Shown here: positions 1 to 9,994 of the stretch, piece by piece
Layout: every line of letters begins with the position of its first letter
Position numbering within the stretch: the stretch's first letter is position 1
DNA from: Flavobacteriales bacterium
GTDB taxonomy: Bacteria > Bacteroidota > Bacteroidia > M30B66
DNA: 64,000 nucleotides
Reading direction: 5' to 3'
Assembly: GCA_046294625.1 (NCBI GenBank)
Contig: JBKBKN010000007.1
Location: 2,517-66,516, forward strand
Position numbers and translations under genes: made by a program
The notes under the pieces: model-generated
What the model saw: only the letters and a program-made list of their open reading frames with translations
Databases searched by the model: none
What the model was told of the DNA's origin: nothing

Positions 1-87
1 GGCAATGAAAAATTGATTGAGCAGTGGCGATTTGAACAATCACTCAAGAGAACAGCCGAAAGAAGACCCGGCCTGCTTGATCAATAA
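1..87 (+). CDS. trmD: tRNA (guanine37-N1)-methyltransferase TrmD, 3' partial (C-terminal 28 aa GNEKLIEQWRFEQSLKRTAERRPGLLDQ*)
   Basis: Translation of 1..87 in frame 1 matches the conserved TrmD C-terminus (GNH..I..WR...SL.RT..RRP.LL). Classic trmD-rplS synteny. Confidence 0.55.
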   Translation, partial: GNEKLIEQWRFEQSLKRTAERRPGLLDQ

Positions 88-250
88 TTGGCTGTAAATT
101 CAATAGATTTTATTGGATTAGAGAGCTTCAAACGACTCAAGATTATGCGAATTCTAAGTGGTTAAATAAATTTTTATTGATGCTTGATGTGTGTATGAAA
201 AATATCCGTAATATTGCAGTCCTTTTTAAAAACCCTTAATAAAGTATCAA

Positions 251-604
251 ATGGACTTTTTAAGCTCAGTTGCTGCGCAACTTGTAAATAAAAATGAACT
301 CCCGGAATTTAAAGCCGGCGACACGGTAACTGTTCACTTCAAAATCAAAGAAGGAGACAAAGAGCGGATTCAGCAGTTTCAGGGAGTTGTGATTCAACGT
401 AAGGGCACAGGAGTGACCAAAACATTTACAGTTAGAAAAATTTCAAATGGCGTAGGAGTAGAAAGAATTTTCCCTGACAACTCGCCATTTATTGAAAAAG
501 TAGATGTAAATAAGCGTGGCGTTGTTCGCAGGGCTCGTATTTATTACATCAAAGACCTCAAAGGAAAGAAAGCGAGAATCAAAGAAAAAATCATTAACAA
601 TTAA
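251..604 (+). CDS. rplS: 50S ribosomal protein L19
   Basis: 117 aa, ATG start. The sequence has L19 hallmarks (FKAGDTV.VH.KI.EG.KERIQ.F.GVVI...G...[16 protein letters not shown]) and lies downstream of trmD. Confidence 0.9.
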   Translation: MDFLSSVAAQLVNKNELPEFKAGDTVTVHFKIKEGDKERIQQFQGVVIQRKGTGVTKTFTVRKISNGVGVERIFPDNSPFIEKVDVNKRGVVRRARIYYIKDLKGKKARIKEKIINN

Positions 605-796
605 TGTTAATCACAACTTATCTGCCCTGTCCGCCTATGCAGACAGGGCTTTTATATTTGATTCTTTGATCAAATTGTTGAAATCAATGGTTGTCTTAGC
701 GAAGGCAACAAAAATAGTCGGGAGAGAAGTAAGCCCTGCCATGCAGGAGTGTGATGAACGAGAATGGAACCACTGCCAAAAAGGTGATTCCATTCT

Positions 797-871
797 CGGG
801 ATGTAGCGCAGCCCGGTAGCGCACTTGCATGGGGTGCAAGGGGTCGTGGGTTCAAATCCCGCCATCCCGAC
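797..871 (+). tRNA. tRNA-Pro (anticodon GGG)
   Basis: Cloverleaf read by eye: acceptor CGGGATG/CATCCCG, U8, D-arm GCGC/GCGC, anticodon stem CTTGC/GCAAG with loop AUGGGGU (anticodon GGG), T-arm GTGGG-TTCAAAT-CCCGC. No encoded CCA. Confidence 0.8.
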
Positions 872-876
872 GGAGT

Positions 877-912
877 GAAAGCTTGTCAAATTGACAAGCT
901 TTTTCTTTTTAA
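877..912 (+). terminator. Rho-independent terminator after tRNA-Pro
   Basis: Inverted repeat AAAGCTTGTCAA-ATT-GACAAGCTTT followed by TTTCTTTTT. Confidence 0.6.
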
Positions 913-1085
913 ACTATATAGGACTTCCTCATCCAAGGCCAATTTGTCTTTTTCATTGAATATTCCATCATTTCTCCGAATGGGCATCGATTATTCAAAC
1001 TATGCTCTACCTTCTGAAATCTAATGTCCGGATTAAATAAAAATGATTTGGGCTAAGTGCTATTTGCGTTTATCTTTACGGCCTG

Positions 1086-1628
1086 ATGTCAACGGGTGAA
1101 ATTCAAATCGGACCTTATAGCTTTGAGCCATTTATCAGTGCTGAAGAGATTGACTCAGCTATAACTAAAGTAGCTCAAAAAATCAACAAAGAATACGTGG
1201 ACAAGACTCCCATGTTTATCTGTGTATTGAATGGTGCATTTATGTTTGCTTCAGATCTTCTGAAAAAAATTAATCTCCCATGCGAAATAGGTTTCATAAG
1301 GGTTTCGTCTTATGAAGGCATACAAAGCACCGGAACGATTAAGGAAATCGTTGGACTTACCGAACCTGTGGAAAATAGGCATATCATCATTATTGAAGAT
1401 ATAGTCGATACTGGACTCACAGTGAATAGGCTGATTGCCCAATTCATAAACCTAGGAGCATCAAGCGTTGAAGTAGCTACCATGTTGCAAAAACCAGAAG
1501 CACTAATGCACAATGTGAATGTAAAATATGCCTGTATTGAAATACCCAATAAATTTGTAATTGGCTATGGGCTTGACTTGGATGGACAAGCTCGAAATTT
1601 GCCTGAGATATATCAAATAAAACAATAA
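1086..1628 (+). CDS. hpt: hypoxanthine phosphoribosyltransferase
   Basis: 180 aa with PRTase motif IIIEDIVDTGLT and HGPRT-like N-terminal region. Confidence 0.85.
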   Translation: MSTGEIQIGPYSFEPFISAEEIDSAITKVAQKINKEYVDKTPMFICVLNGAFMFASDLLKKINLPCEIGFIRVSSYEGIQSTGTIKEIVGLTEPVENRHIIIIEDIVDTGLTVNRLIAQFINLGASSVEVATMLQKPEALMHNVNVKYACIEIPNKFVIGYGLDLDGQARNLPEIYQIKQ

Positions 1629-1630
1629 AC

Positions 1631-2200
1631 ATGCTGAATATCGTATTGTTTGGGCCTCCGGGCGCTGGAAAAGGAACACAATCTGAAAAATTGGTAGCCC
1701 ATTATGGTCTAATTCATCTGTCAACGGGCGATTTGCTTAGAAGTGAGATTGCCAACCAAACTGCTTTAGGCCTGGAAGCTAAAAAACTAATGGATGATGG
1801 CAAATTGGTGCCCGATGAAGTGGTGATAGGAATGATTGATGCCAAGCTGAAATCAAATCCTGATGCAAAAGGATTTATTTTTGATGGATTTCCACGCACA
1901 ATTCCACAGGCTGAAGCATTAGATAAGCTTCTTCATTCCAAAAATACAGACATAAAAGTAATGCTTGCTTTGCAAGTGGAAGAAGAAGAGCTCACCAAGC
2001 GCTTGCTAAATCGCGGTAAAGATTCCGGACGAAGCGATGATCAGGATCCTGATGTAATCAAAAAAAGAATTCAGGAGTACAATAACAAAACTGCTCCACT
2101 GGCAGGCTATTATCAAACGCAAGGAAAATTTAGCGGAATCAATGGAATCGGAAGCATAGATGAGATCTTCGCTGCATTGAAACAGGCGATTGAGCAATAA
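1631..2200 (+). CDS. adk: adenylate kinase
   Basis: P-loop GPPGAGKGTQ and LSTGDLLR near the N-terminus, typical short-LID adenylate kinase, 189 aa. Confidence 0.9.
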   Translation: MLNIVLFGPPGAGKGTQSEKLVAHYGLIHLSTGDLLRSEIANQTALGLEAKKLMDDGKLVPDEVVIGMIDAKLKSNPDAKGFIFDGFPRTIPQAEALDKLLHSKNTDIKVMLALQVEEEELTKRLLNRGKDSGRSDDQDPDVIKKRIQEYNNKTAPLAGYYQTQGKFSGINGIGSIDEIFAALKQAIEQ

Positions 2201-2208
2201 CAACCTGT

Positions 2209-3495
2209 TCAGTCTGCCCATAGTTTAACGTAAAGCCCATCAGGGTCGTACATTTCTGACTGTTTGCGAATATTAAAGTACCGGTCTTCACGTGGATCCG
2301 TGCCGATACCAGCCACATAATTCCAGTTGCACCAATTGCTGCTTACATCATAATCCATAAGCATTGACTCAAAATACCTTGCTCCCCACTGCCAATTTAC
2401 TTTTAAATCATTAACCAGATAACTGGCCACATTCTGACGGCCGCGATTGCTCATGAAGCCTGAAAGACGCAATTCGTTCATATTGGCATTGACAAATGGC
2501 TCCTTAGTTTTACCCTCCACCCATTGCATAAACTTGGCCTTGTTATTTTCCATTCGCTTATTGATGTGGCCTTTAAGTCCAAACTTCAGAAAAATTCGAT
2601 TACTATACTTCATCGCAATCATTCTGAAATAATCCCTCCAAAGCAATTCAAAAATCAACCAGTATGTTGATTGATTGGCAACGCGCTCCTTTTCATATTT
2701 TTTTACCTGTTTGTAAATATATCGTGGCGAAATGCAGCCCTGTGCCAGCCATGGGGAGAACTTCGAAGAATAATCGGCGCCAATCAAGCCATTGCGCGTT
2801 TCTTTATATACTTTAAGCAAGTCCTGCTGCCAGATGTAATTTTCTAATCGCAGCAAAGCTTCTTGTTCGCCACCCTTAAATGCAAGTACTGCATTTGGGT
2901 GCTGCGGAACAGTAATATCCCATTCAGGAACGTAATCATCGATTATATTGTGAGTAAGCTGCGATGGCAAAACATGTGGAGTAGGAATGGCTTCGGGAAA
3001 GGCAGCAAACTTTTCTGCTTTTTTCCTAAACTCTGTAAAAATATCCGGAAGGTTTTCAATTGCAAATGGTAAAGTATGTATGTCAATTAGAAAGTTATTG
3101 TGCATGCCATGCACCTGCTTGGCTTGCTTTTGAAGCTTATCCGTAAGCGCTTGAACCGTTTCCTGCTCATCATAACCCGGCTCGAAACTGCAATGCAATT
3201 CGCTGATATTCAGATTCTGCATCATTGCGGGAATCAATTCCATTGGGTCTCCGCGTTTGATTATCAAGTCGCTCCCTTTTTCGCGAAGAGCATCTTTAAG
3301 CGCATATACTGATTCCTTAATAAACTGGCGGCGAAACGGTCCAATACGCGAAAAGCCTAATTTATCGTCAGTATACTGCAAAGGATCTACAATGTAAATA
3401 AATAAAGTCGCATCGCTGTGATCAATGGCTTTTTGTAAGGCAGGGTGGTCGTGCAAACGAAGGTCGTTGCGAAACCAAAAGATAGATGTAGGCAT
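2209..3495 (-). CDS. cryptochrome DASH / deoxyribodipyrimidine photolyase family protein
   Basis: 428 aa. The N-terminus FWFRNDLRLHDHPAL and the FAD-binding C-terminal region (WRDYF, LSGFMSNRGRQNVASYL) are typical of cry-DASH/photolyase. Confidence 0.75.
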   Translation of the reverse strand: MPTSIFWFRNDLRLHDHPALQKAIDHSDATLFIYIVDPLQYTDDKLGFSRIGPFRRQFIKESVYALKDALREKGSDLIIKRGDPMELIPAMMQNLNISELHCSFEPGYDEQETVQALTDKLQKQAKQVHGMHNNFLIDIHTLPFAIENLPDIFTEFRKKAEKFAAFPEAIPTPHVLPSQLTHNIIDDYVPEWDITVPQHPNAVLAFKGGEQEALLRLENYIWQQDLLKVYKETRNGLIGADYSSKFSPWLAQGCISPRYIYKQVKKYEKERVANQSTYWLIFELLWRDYFRMIAMKYSNRIFLKFGLKGHINKRMENNKAKFMQWVEGKTKEPFVNANMNELRLSGFMSNRGRQNVASYLVNDLKVNWQWGARYFESMLMDYDVSSNWCNWNYVAGIGTDPREDRYFNIRKQSEMYDPDGLYVKLWAD

Positions 3496-3743
3496 ACTGT
3501 TTTATTCAGCCTAATACAATACCAATCAGCCTTAAATGTTTAACACTTCATCAAAATCTCCGTGCTTGACAGTTTGAGAATGAAGTATTCACAGCAGACG
3601 TTTGAAAACAAAATAAACATGTCGGTAAAAATCTTGTTTTAAGATTCGTAATTAACGCCAAGTTTATTTCCAAGTTATGCCTTATCATTTGCTGATTTAA
3701 CTTCATAATCAGGTTATAGCATGGAATAAAAAAATACGTAGGT

Positions 3744-4448
3744 TTGTCAAACTATATAAATCATCAATACATGTTTAACGAAAACGAATTCAGAAAGTAT
3801 GCCATCAAACATCGTGGCATCAATAGCGCCACTTTCGACGCTTATACTTCAATCACCTCTGATTATATTTCACCCACAATTATCGAAGAGCGCCAGCTCA
3901 ATATTGCGTCTATGGACGTTTTCTCGAGATTAATGATGGATCGAATAATATTTCTGGGTGTTGGCATCAATGATTATGTTGCCAATATTGTGCAAGCGCA
4001 ACTTTTATTCTTAGAATCCGTTGATGCCCGGAAAGACATTCAGATTTATATGAATTCACCAGGTGGTTCGGTTTATGCCGGATTAGGCATTTATGATACC
4101 ATGCAATACATTGCGCCAGATGTAGCCACTATTTGCACGGGAATGGCTGCTTCAATGGGAGCTGTTTTGCTATGTGCAGGTACCAAAGGCAAGCGCACCG
4201 CATTGAAACACAGCCGCGTGATGATTCATCAACCAATGGGAGGTGCACAGGGTCAGGCTACGGATATGGAAATCACCGTAAAAGAGATTCAAAAGCTGAA
4301 GAAAGAATTATATGACATCATTGCGAGTCACTCCGGGCAACCATTTGAAAAAGTAGAGAGAGACAGCGACCGCGACTACTGGATGACCGCCGATGAAGCC
4401 AAAGAATATGGCATGATTGACGAAGTGCTCACCAGAAAGAAAGACTAA
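3744..4448 (+). CDS. clpP: ATP-dependent Clp protease proteolytic subunit ClpP
   Basis: Ser-His-Asp protease core ([20 protein letters not shown]). The true start may be the internal Met at about 3771. Confidence 0.9.
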   Translation: MSNYINHQYMFNENEFRKYAIKHRGINSATFDAYTSITSDYISPTIIEERQLNIASMDVFSRLMMDRIIFLGVGINDYVANIVQAQLLFLESVDARKDIQIYMNSPGGSVYAGLGIYDTMQYIAPDVATICTGMAASMGAVLLCAGTKGKRTALKHSRVMIHQPMGGAQGQATDMEITVKEIQKLKKELYDIIASHSGQPFEKVERDSDRDYWMTADEAKEYGMIDEVLTRKKD

Positions 4449-4457
4449 TTAAAATCA

Positions 4458-5696
4458 ATGGAAAGAAGTAGGGAAAAATGCTCGTTTTGTGGTAAAACCA
4501 AAAAGGAAGTCAATATACTGATTGCCGGACTGGACGGTTTTATTTGCGATGGCTGTGTGGAACAAGCTCATGTGATCGTAAGCGAAGAGCTTACAGAAAA
4601 AGAACGCGTAAAACTCAACAACGAGCTGAAGCTTCTAAAACCTACCGAAATCAAAAAGCATCTCGACGAATACATTATTGGTCAGGATGATGCCAAAAAA
4701 ACCCTTGCTGTTGCTGTTTACAATCATTACAAACGATTGATGCAAAAAAATCAATCTAAAGATGATGACACAGAAATTGAGAAATCAAACATCATCATGG
4801 TGGGTGAAACCGGCACCGGCAAAACATTGATTGCTCGCACGATTTCAAAAATCCTGAATGTACCTTTCTGCATTGCAGATGCCACTGTGCTAACAGAAGC
4901 CGGATATGTAGGCGAAGACGTGGAAAGTATTTTATCACGCTTATTGCAAGCGGCTGATTACAATGTAGAAGCGGCTCAAAGAGGTATTGTGTTTATTGAC
5001 GAAATCGACAAAATTGCCCGTAAAAGCGATAACCCTTCCATAACGCGCGATGTGTCGGGTGAAGGTGTGCAACAGGGTTTACTTAAACTACTCGAAGGAT
5101 CAGTTGTAAATGTTCCCCCCCAAGGTGGGCGTAAGCATCCGGAACAAAAAATGATTGCTCTGGATACGCGTAATATTCTTTTTGTGTGCGGTGGCGCCTT
5201 TGATGGCATTGAGAAAAAAATTGCATCGCGCTTACAAATGCAGTCGATCGGATACACCGGCAGCAAAGAACGTGAACACTTCGATAAAGAAAACCTGCTT
5301 AGTTACATCACTCCACAAGATTTAAAAAGCTTTGGACTAATCCCGGAATTGATCGGTCGTTTGCCGGTGCTCACGCATCTCAATCCATTGGATGGTGAAG
5401 CTCTAAAAGAAATATTGACGAAACCCAAAAATTCCCTGATTAAGCAATATACCAAGCTTTTTGCGATGGATGGGGTCATCTTAAAGGTGGATGATGATGC
5501 GCTAGACTTTATCGTAAGCAAAGCCATAGAATTTAAACTCGGCGCCAGAGGTCTTCGTTCGATTTGCGAAGCCATCATGACGGATATTATGTTTGAGCTG
5601 CCATCGGACAAAAACACGAAAGAGTTTCATCTCACGGCTGATTTTGCCCGTGAACACGCTGCTAAGATAAAATTGAACAAGCTGAAAGCTGCATAA
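4458..5696 (+). CDS. clpX: ATP-dependent Clp protease ATP-binding subunit ClpX
   Basis: N-terminal C4 zinc finger (CSFCGK...CDGC), Walker A GETGTGKT and the ClpX-specific IGF-like loop. It lies immediately downstream of clpP. Confidence 0.9.
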   Translation: MERSREKCSFCGKTKKEVNILIAGLDGFICDGCVEQAHVIVSEELTEKERVKLNNELKLLKPTEIKKHLDEYIIGQDDAKKTLAVAVYNHYKRLMQKNQSKDDDTEIEKSNIIMVGETGTGKTLIARTISKILNVPFCIADATVLTEAGYVGEDVESILSRLLQAADYNVEAAQRGIVFIDEIDKIARKSDNPSITRDVSGEGVQQGLLKLLEGSVVNVPPQGGRKHPEQKMIALDTRNILFVCGGAFDGIEKKIASRLQMQSIGYTGSKEREHFDKENLLSYITPQDLKSFGLIPELIGRLPVLTHLNPLDGEALKEILTKPKNSLIKQYTKLFAMDGVILKVDDDALDFIVSKAIEFKLGARGLRSICEAIMTDIMFELPSDKNTKEFHLTADFAREHAAKIKLNKLKAA

Positions 5697-5701
5697 GTAT
5701 T

Positions 5702-5742
5702 AAATGGATACGGCCGCTGAAAGCGGCCGTATCCATTTAATA
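5702..5742. terminator. Bidirectional intrinsic terminator between convergent clpX and T9SS cargo gene
   Basis: Perfect 16-bp inverted repeat AAATGGATACGGCCGC-TGAAA-GCGGCCGTATCCATTT flanked by A/T on both sides. Confidence 0.6.
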
Positions 5743-5763
5743 CAAACACAAAAACTAAAAGGC

Positions 5764-7371
5764 TTAAGCCTTCACAAACTTTCCTCTTTTCACTCCCTGC
5801 GAAGTTTGCACTTCGATGAGATAAATGCCCGAAGCCAACTCTGGAATCGCGATTTGATAGATACCTTGGGCAGAAATCACTTCTTGCTTCATAACCTTTC
5901 CACTCAGGTCGAAAATCCGAACCTGACGAATAGCTTCATTCGCAGACTCGATAAAAAGCTGATTGCTAGCCGGATTGGGGTACCATAAAACATCTACAGC
6001 ATTCGTGGCAACGTTTGCGACATTGGTCACATCCTGATATTCCCATTTCGATACGATTACATCAGCAGTGCCGTCAGGTCCATTGTTGCTATGTGCCCAG
6101 CCATTCACAGAGCGTGTTCTCCCCACAGTGTATAAAAATGCATTATTGGGCGTGAATGCCGTTGCGTGACCAAAATCGGCATTGCTGCCTCCTTTACGAA
6201 TGGTATTAAGTGTGTCACCGTTAACGGCATTAATTTTTAAATACCAAGCGTCGAAACCTCCAAAAGCTTCAGCGACAGCTGTACCATTCGTGCTTCTTGT
6301 TACAGCGCTTATCCATAAATTACCTAATCCATCAACACTTAGGTCATAAGGATACTCCAAATCCGTGCCGCCATAAGATCTATCCCAAACTTTTGCACCA
6401 TTAAAGTCAAACGCAGCCAGCCAGCAGTCGGCCATACCTCCGTTGTATTGTGTCACATCAAGCCCGGTGGCACCAACTCTGGAAGAAACATAGATTCGAT
6501 TACCAATCAGGGCTAGCCCACCTGGAGCATCTTGTGTAGGGGAACCGGTTACTTTTTTCAACGTTTGTTCACCTGTGGCACTGTAGCGGCAAAGCAGAAT
6601 ATCATCTGTATTGAAGTCATTGAAATTGCCGCTTACACCCATTAGCCAGAATCCTTGATTGTTGGGTAGCTCCACTGCATTGAAAAAAGTTTCGATCCAA
6701 TCATCATTGTTAACCACGCCGCTCGTGATGCCTTGCCACTGGATAGCCCCTGCTGCATTGGTTTTTACTACCCATGCTTCACTGGAGCCGGCATGGCTGC
6801 TGGTGTTAATGTCGCCATCAATACTGGCCGTTTCACCATACATCAGATAACCTCCGTCTGAAACAGGAATGATACCAAAGAAAGCATCAATTAAAGAACC
6901 TCCGTATGTTCTAAGCCATAATACTTCTCCGGTTTGGGAATTAATTTTTGCTGCAAATGCATCGAATAAACCTCTGTTTGAAGGAAAAGCGCCAGTGCTG
7001 CTTGCTGTTCTTCCAGTAATCAACAGATTGTTGTCACTATCAAATACAATCCTGAAAGCCCTATCTGAGTCGTCTCCACCAATCACACGCGTCCAAAGTG
7101 TATCTCCCTGTGGATTAAGTTTAAATACCCACACATCGTCCGATCCGGCATTGCTGGTTAGAAACCCGTCGTTTGACGCAGAATAAGTGCAGACATACAA
7201 ATTAGCATTGGCATCGGCCACAGCTGAGACATGAGGTGCTCCGGGAAATCCGCTGCCAAATCCGGCAGGCTCATCGGCGCTTCCACCAAAACATCGTGTC
7301 CATAAACTATCGGTTTGGGCAGTTAAGCCAAGGTGGCTAAGTAACAAGATTGAAAAAACTATATGTCTCAT
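5764..7371 (-). CDS. T9SS type A sorting domain-containing secreted protein with SBBP-like beta-propeller repeats
   Basis: Signal peptide MRHIVFSILLLSHLGLTAQ. The ORF-track start at 7428 is a TTG; the ATG at 7371 is preferred. Body has repeated GG..D.a..i..D..GN motifs. C-terminal about 75 aa (VLWYPNPASNQLFIE...IYLIEVQT..G) is a Por_Secre_tail type A CTD. Confidence 0.7.
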   Translation of the reverse strand: MRHIVFSILLLSHLGLTAQTDSLWTRCFGGSADEPAGFGSGFPGAPHVSAVADANANLYVCTYSASNDGFLTSNAGSDDVWVFKLNPQGDTLWTRVIGGDDSDRAFRIVFDSDNNLLITGRTASSTGAFPSNRGLFDAFAAKINSQTGEVLWLRTYGGSLIDAFFGIIPVSDGGYLMYGETASIDGDINTSSHAGSSEAWVVKTNAAGAIQWQGITSGVVNNDDWIETFFNAVELPNNQGFWLMGVSGNFNDFNTDDILLCRYSATGEQTLKKVTGSPTQDAPGGLALIGNRIYVSSRVGATGLDVTQYNGGMADCWLAAFDFNGAKVWDRSYGGTDLEYPYDLSVDGLGNLWISAVTRSTNGTAVAEAFGGFDAWYLKINAVNGDTLNTIRKGGSNADFGHATAFTPNNAFLYTVGRTRSVNGWAHSNNGPDGTADVIVSKWEYQDVTNVANVATNAVDVLWYPNPASNQLFIESANEAIRQVRIFDLSGKVMKQEVISAQGIYQIAIPELASGIYLIEVQTSQGVKRGKFVKA

Positions 7372-7569
7372 AAGTGCGAAATTTTTATGCAAAGTTAAGC
7401 ATATCAATACATCGCGCCAAAAGGTCAATTTGCATCCTTCTTATTGAAGCTGTTTAGCAAGATGTAAATAGGTGAAGTCCATAGGAACTGAAAAATATAA
7501 CCTGAAAAAATCAACAGCTGTGTAACATTTAAAGTAGCAGACTATCTTACCTTTGTTTCGAATTCGATT

Positions 7570-8547
7570 ATGGCGAAGCTTTACTATATTTTGGTGATTT
7601 TGATCAGCATCGTAAATATGAGTGAAATTTCAGCGCAATCTGAAACAAAAGCTGATGATTTCATCCTTCAGTTTTACGGTCATGAGGCCTATCCACGACC
7701 AAAGCCCATTATCGAAGATAAAAGACTTTCCTTGCCTTTTAAAAGGGCCGGAAATTTGATTTTTATTGAAGCATTTATTGATGGAACCTATGGCGATTTC
7801 ATTCTCGATACCGGAGCACCTCATTTGGTGCTGAATAAAAAATATTTCCCCAATGCGCCATATTTGGCCAGCATTGAAGGGGCGGGAATTACGGGTGGCA
7901 TCAGCAAGGTGATACAATCAAAGGTGAAAGAGATCGACTTTGGCGGATTGCGCTTTGTAAATGTTCATACCGACTTAATCGACCTTTCGCATTTAGAAGA
8001 GCGTAAAGGCGAAAATATTTTCGGGTTACTGGGAATTAGCCTGTTCAGTAAATTTGAAATGATTATTGATTATCAGGCTGCAGTGATTATCTTGCATCCG
8101 CTTGGCAAGAAGGGTGTTAGAATGCTGGAAGATAGTCTGACTAACCACATTGACCTGCAGCCCAAAATACCCCTTGAAATCAATCATAAAGTAATCATTG
8201 TGGAAGGTGAAATCAATCAGAAAAAACTTAGGTTTTGTCTCGATACCGGGGCAGAATCGAATGTAATCAATGCCAACCTTTCCAGAAAAGTACTCGATGG
8301 AGTAGAGATCATTCGAAAAGTAAATGTGAGCGGTGCGGGTGCAAAACGCTCAGAAGCACTTTTAGGCAACATTAAAACATTGCGATTAGGTAATCGACAG
8401 TTTGATGATATGCGAACTACGGTGATGAACCTCAGTGGTCTTTCACAAATCTATGGCACTTATATTGATGGAATGCTTGGCTACGACTTTCTTGTGCAAT
8501 CTACGGTTTGTATAAACTTTTACAAAGAGGAGATGAGTATATGGTAG
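7570..8547 (+). CDS. secreted pepsin-like (tandem retropepsin-fold) aspartic protease
   Basis: Signal peptide. Two D-T-G-A motifs (FILDTGAPHLVL and FCLDTGAESNVI) about 140 aa apart give a pseudo-dimeric aspartyl protease architecture. Confidence 0.6.
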   Translation: MAKLYYILVILISIVNMSEISAQSETKADDFILQFYGHEAYPRPKPIIEDKRLSLPFKRAGNLIFIEAFIDGTYGDFILDTGAPHLVLNKKYFPNAPYLASIEGAGITGGISKVIQSKVKEIDFGGLRFVNVHTDLIDLSHLEERKGENIFGLLGISLFSKFEMIIDYQAAVIILHPLGKKGVRMLEDSLTNHIDLQPKIPLEINHKVIIVEGEINQKKLRFCLDTGAESNVINANLSRKVLDGVEIIRKVNVSGAGAKRSEALLGNIKTLRLGNRQFDDMRTTVMNLSGLSQIYGTYIDGMLGYDFLVQSTVCINFYKEEMSIW

Positions 8548-9986
8548 CAAGCATCAACATCAAATTCCTATCAGCTATCTTGTTCTTGCTCTGTGCCGGA
8601 AAAATTATCGGACAGCAGCAAAACAAAGTATTTGTGGAAGATGGTCGCATGTATTTGCGTGTAGATTTTGATATCAACAAAAAAAGCTTAGACTCGCTCA
8701 TCATAGAGTTTGACCTGCAACAATCAGGAATTATTCAAGCATTGAAATATGGCGACACTGACAGCCTTAAAAACTCAGGATGGACACTCTTTAGCATAAC
8801 ACCACAGTATCTTATTGTAAGCCGAAAACTGGAAGAATTGTCGAATGTGGAAGCATTCGAAAAAAAATTCTGGCTAAGCGAAAATGTATGGCCCGACAAA
8901 CCCGGCACAGTGAATGACTATTTTGTTAGATTTGGGTTCAACCGATTCAAAAATCGCACAGTATGGGATGGGAAAGGCAATGAGACTGTTTTTGTTTTGA
9001 AAGGAAATCAGCAGGCTAATCGGGTGTATCTCTCAGGAAGTTTTAACGAATGGAGCACACTGCGTAATGCAATGTCAAAGACCGATAGCGGATGGGTAGC
9101 GAAGGTGAATTTACAACCCGGCAAGCATCTGTATAAGTTTATCGTGGATGGGAAGTGGATCAATGACCCGATGAATGAACAAAAAGAGTCCGACGGATAC
9201 ATGGGTCGAAACTCTATTTTCTTTAAATGCAACCATGTATTTACCCTGCCGGGAAACCTGAATGCAAAAAGGGTATTAATAAGCGGGAGCTTCAATTATT
9301 GGAACGAAAAAGATGCCCGTCTTGATAAAATGGCTGATGGATGGTCGCTGCCCGTGTATTTGCAACAAGGAAGTTATGAGTATCGATTTATTGTCGATGG
9401 TCGTTGGATGACCGATCCCCTCAATCCCAAAACAGTGAAAAATGAATTTGGCGAAGACAATTCCTTTCTGAGTTTTGGCAAGAAAACCACTTTTTATTTA
9501 GATGGCTATCCGGATGCCAAACAGGTGTTTCTCGCTGGAGAATTCAACAATTGGCGCGCTAATATTGCCCTGCAACGACAAGGAAAAGGCTGGGCAGTGG
9601 ATTATGCAATCAAACCAGGCAATTATCATTTCAAATATCTGGTGGACGGCAATTGGATTTTTGACCCATTGGCCGATGATGTGGTGCAATATGGCACAAA
9701 CGACATTCAGTCCGTTAGATTCATTGAACCCAATTATACCTTCCGTTTAAATGACTATACTAATGCAAAAAAAGTGATCGTCACCGGCAGTTTTAATAAT
9801 TGGAACGAAAAAGCCTTTAGCATGCAACGCGATGCCCAAGGTTGGTTTCTCAACGTGTTTTTACCCCCGGGAAAGATACTCTATAAGTTTATAGTAGATG
9901 GCCAATGGATTACCGACCCTAAAGCCGTGCAAAATGAGAAAAATGAGCATGGTACCTATAATTCAGTGTTGCTGATGAAGAGATGA
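8541..9986 (+). CDS. secreted protein with four tandem CBM48/AMPK-beta glycogen-binding-like modules
   Basis: ATG at 8541 overlaps the stop of the protease gene by 7 nt (the ORF-track start at 8508 is a TTG). Four about 80-aa repeats each carry SGSFNxW...G(W)...Y(K/R)F(I/L)VDG.W..DP. Confidence 0.55.
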   Translation: MVASINIKFLSAILFLLCAGKIIGQQQNKVFVEDGRMYLRVDFDINKKSLDSLIIEFDLQQSGIIQALKYGDTDSLKNSGWTLFSITPQYLIVSRKLEELSNVEAFEKKFWLSENVWPDKPGTVNDYFVRFGFNRFKNRTVWDGKGNETVFVLKGNQQANRVYLSGSFNEWSTLRNAMSKTDSGWVAKVNLQPGKHLYKFIVDGKWINDPMNEQKESDGYMGRNSIFFKCNHVFTLPGNLNAKRVLISGSFNYWNEKDARLDKMADGWSLPVYLQQGSYEYRFIVDGRWMTDPLNPKTVKNEFGEDNSFLSFGKKTTFYLDGYPDAKQVFLAGEFNNWRANIALQRQGKGWAVDYAIKPGNYHFKYLVDGNWIFDPLADDVVQYGTNDIQSVRFIEPNYTFRLNDYTNAKKVIVTGSFNNWNEKAFSMQRDAQGWFLNVFLPPGKILYKFIVDGQWITDPKAVQNEKNEHGTYNSVLLMKR

Positions 9987-9994
9987 GAAAGTTA

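Noticed and set aside
516-889. ORFs 516..806(+), 635..889(-) and 670..855(-) overlapping the rplS 3' end and the tRNA-Pro gene
   Set aside because: They run across a well-formed tRNA and the rplS coding end. They have no recognisable motifs and start at non-ATG codons, so they are spurious.
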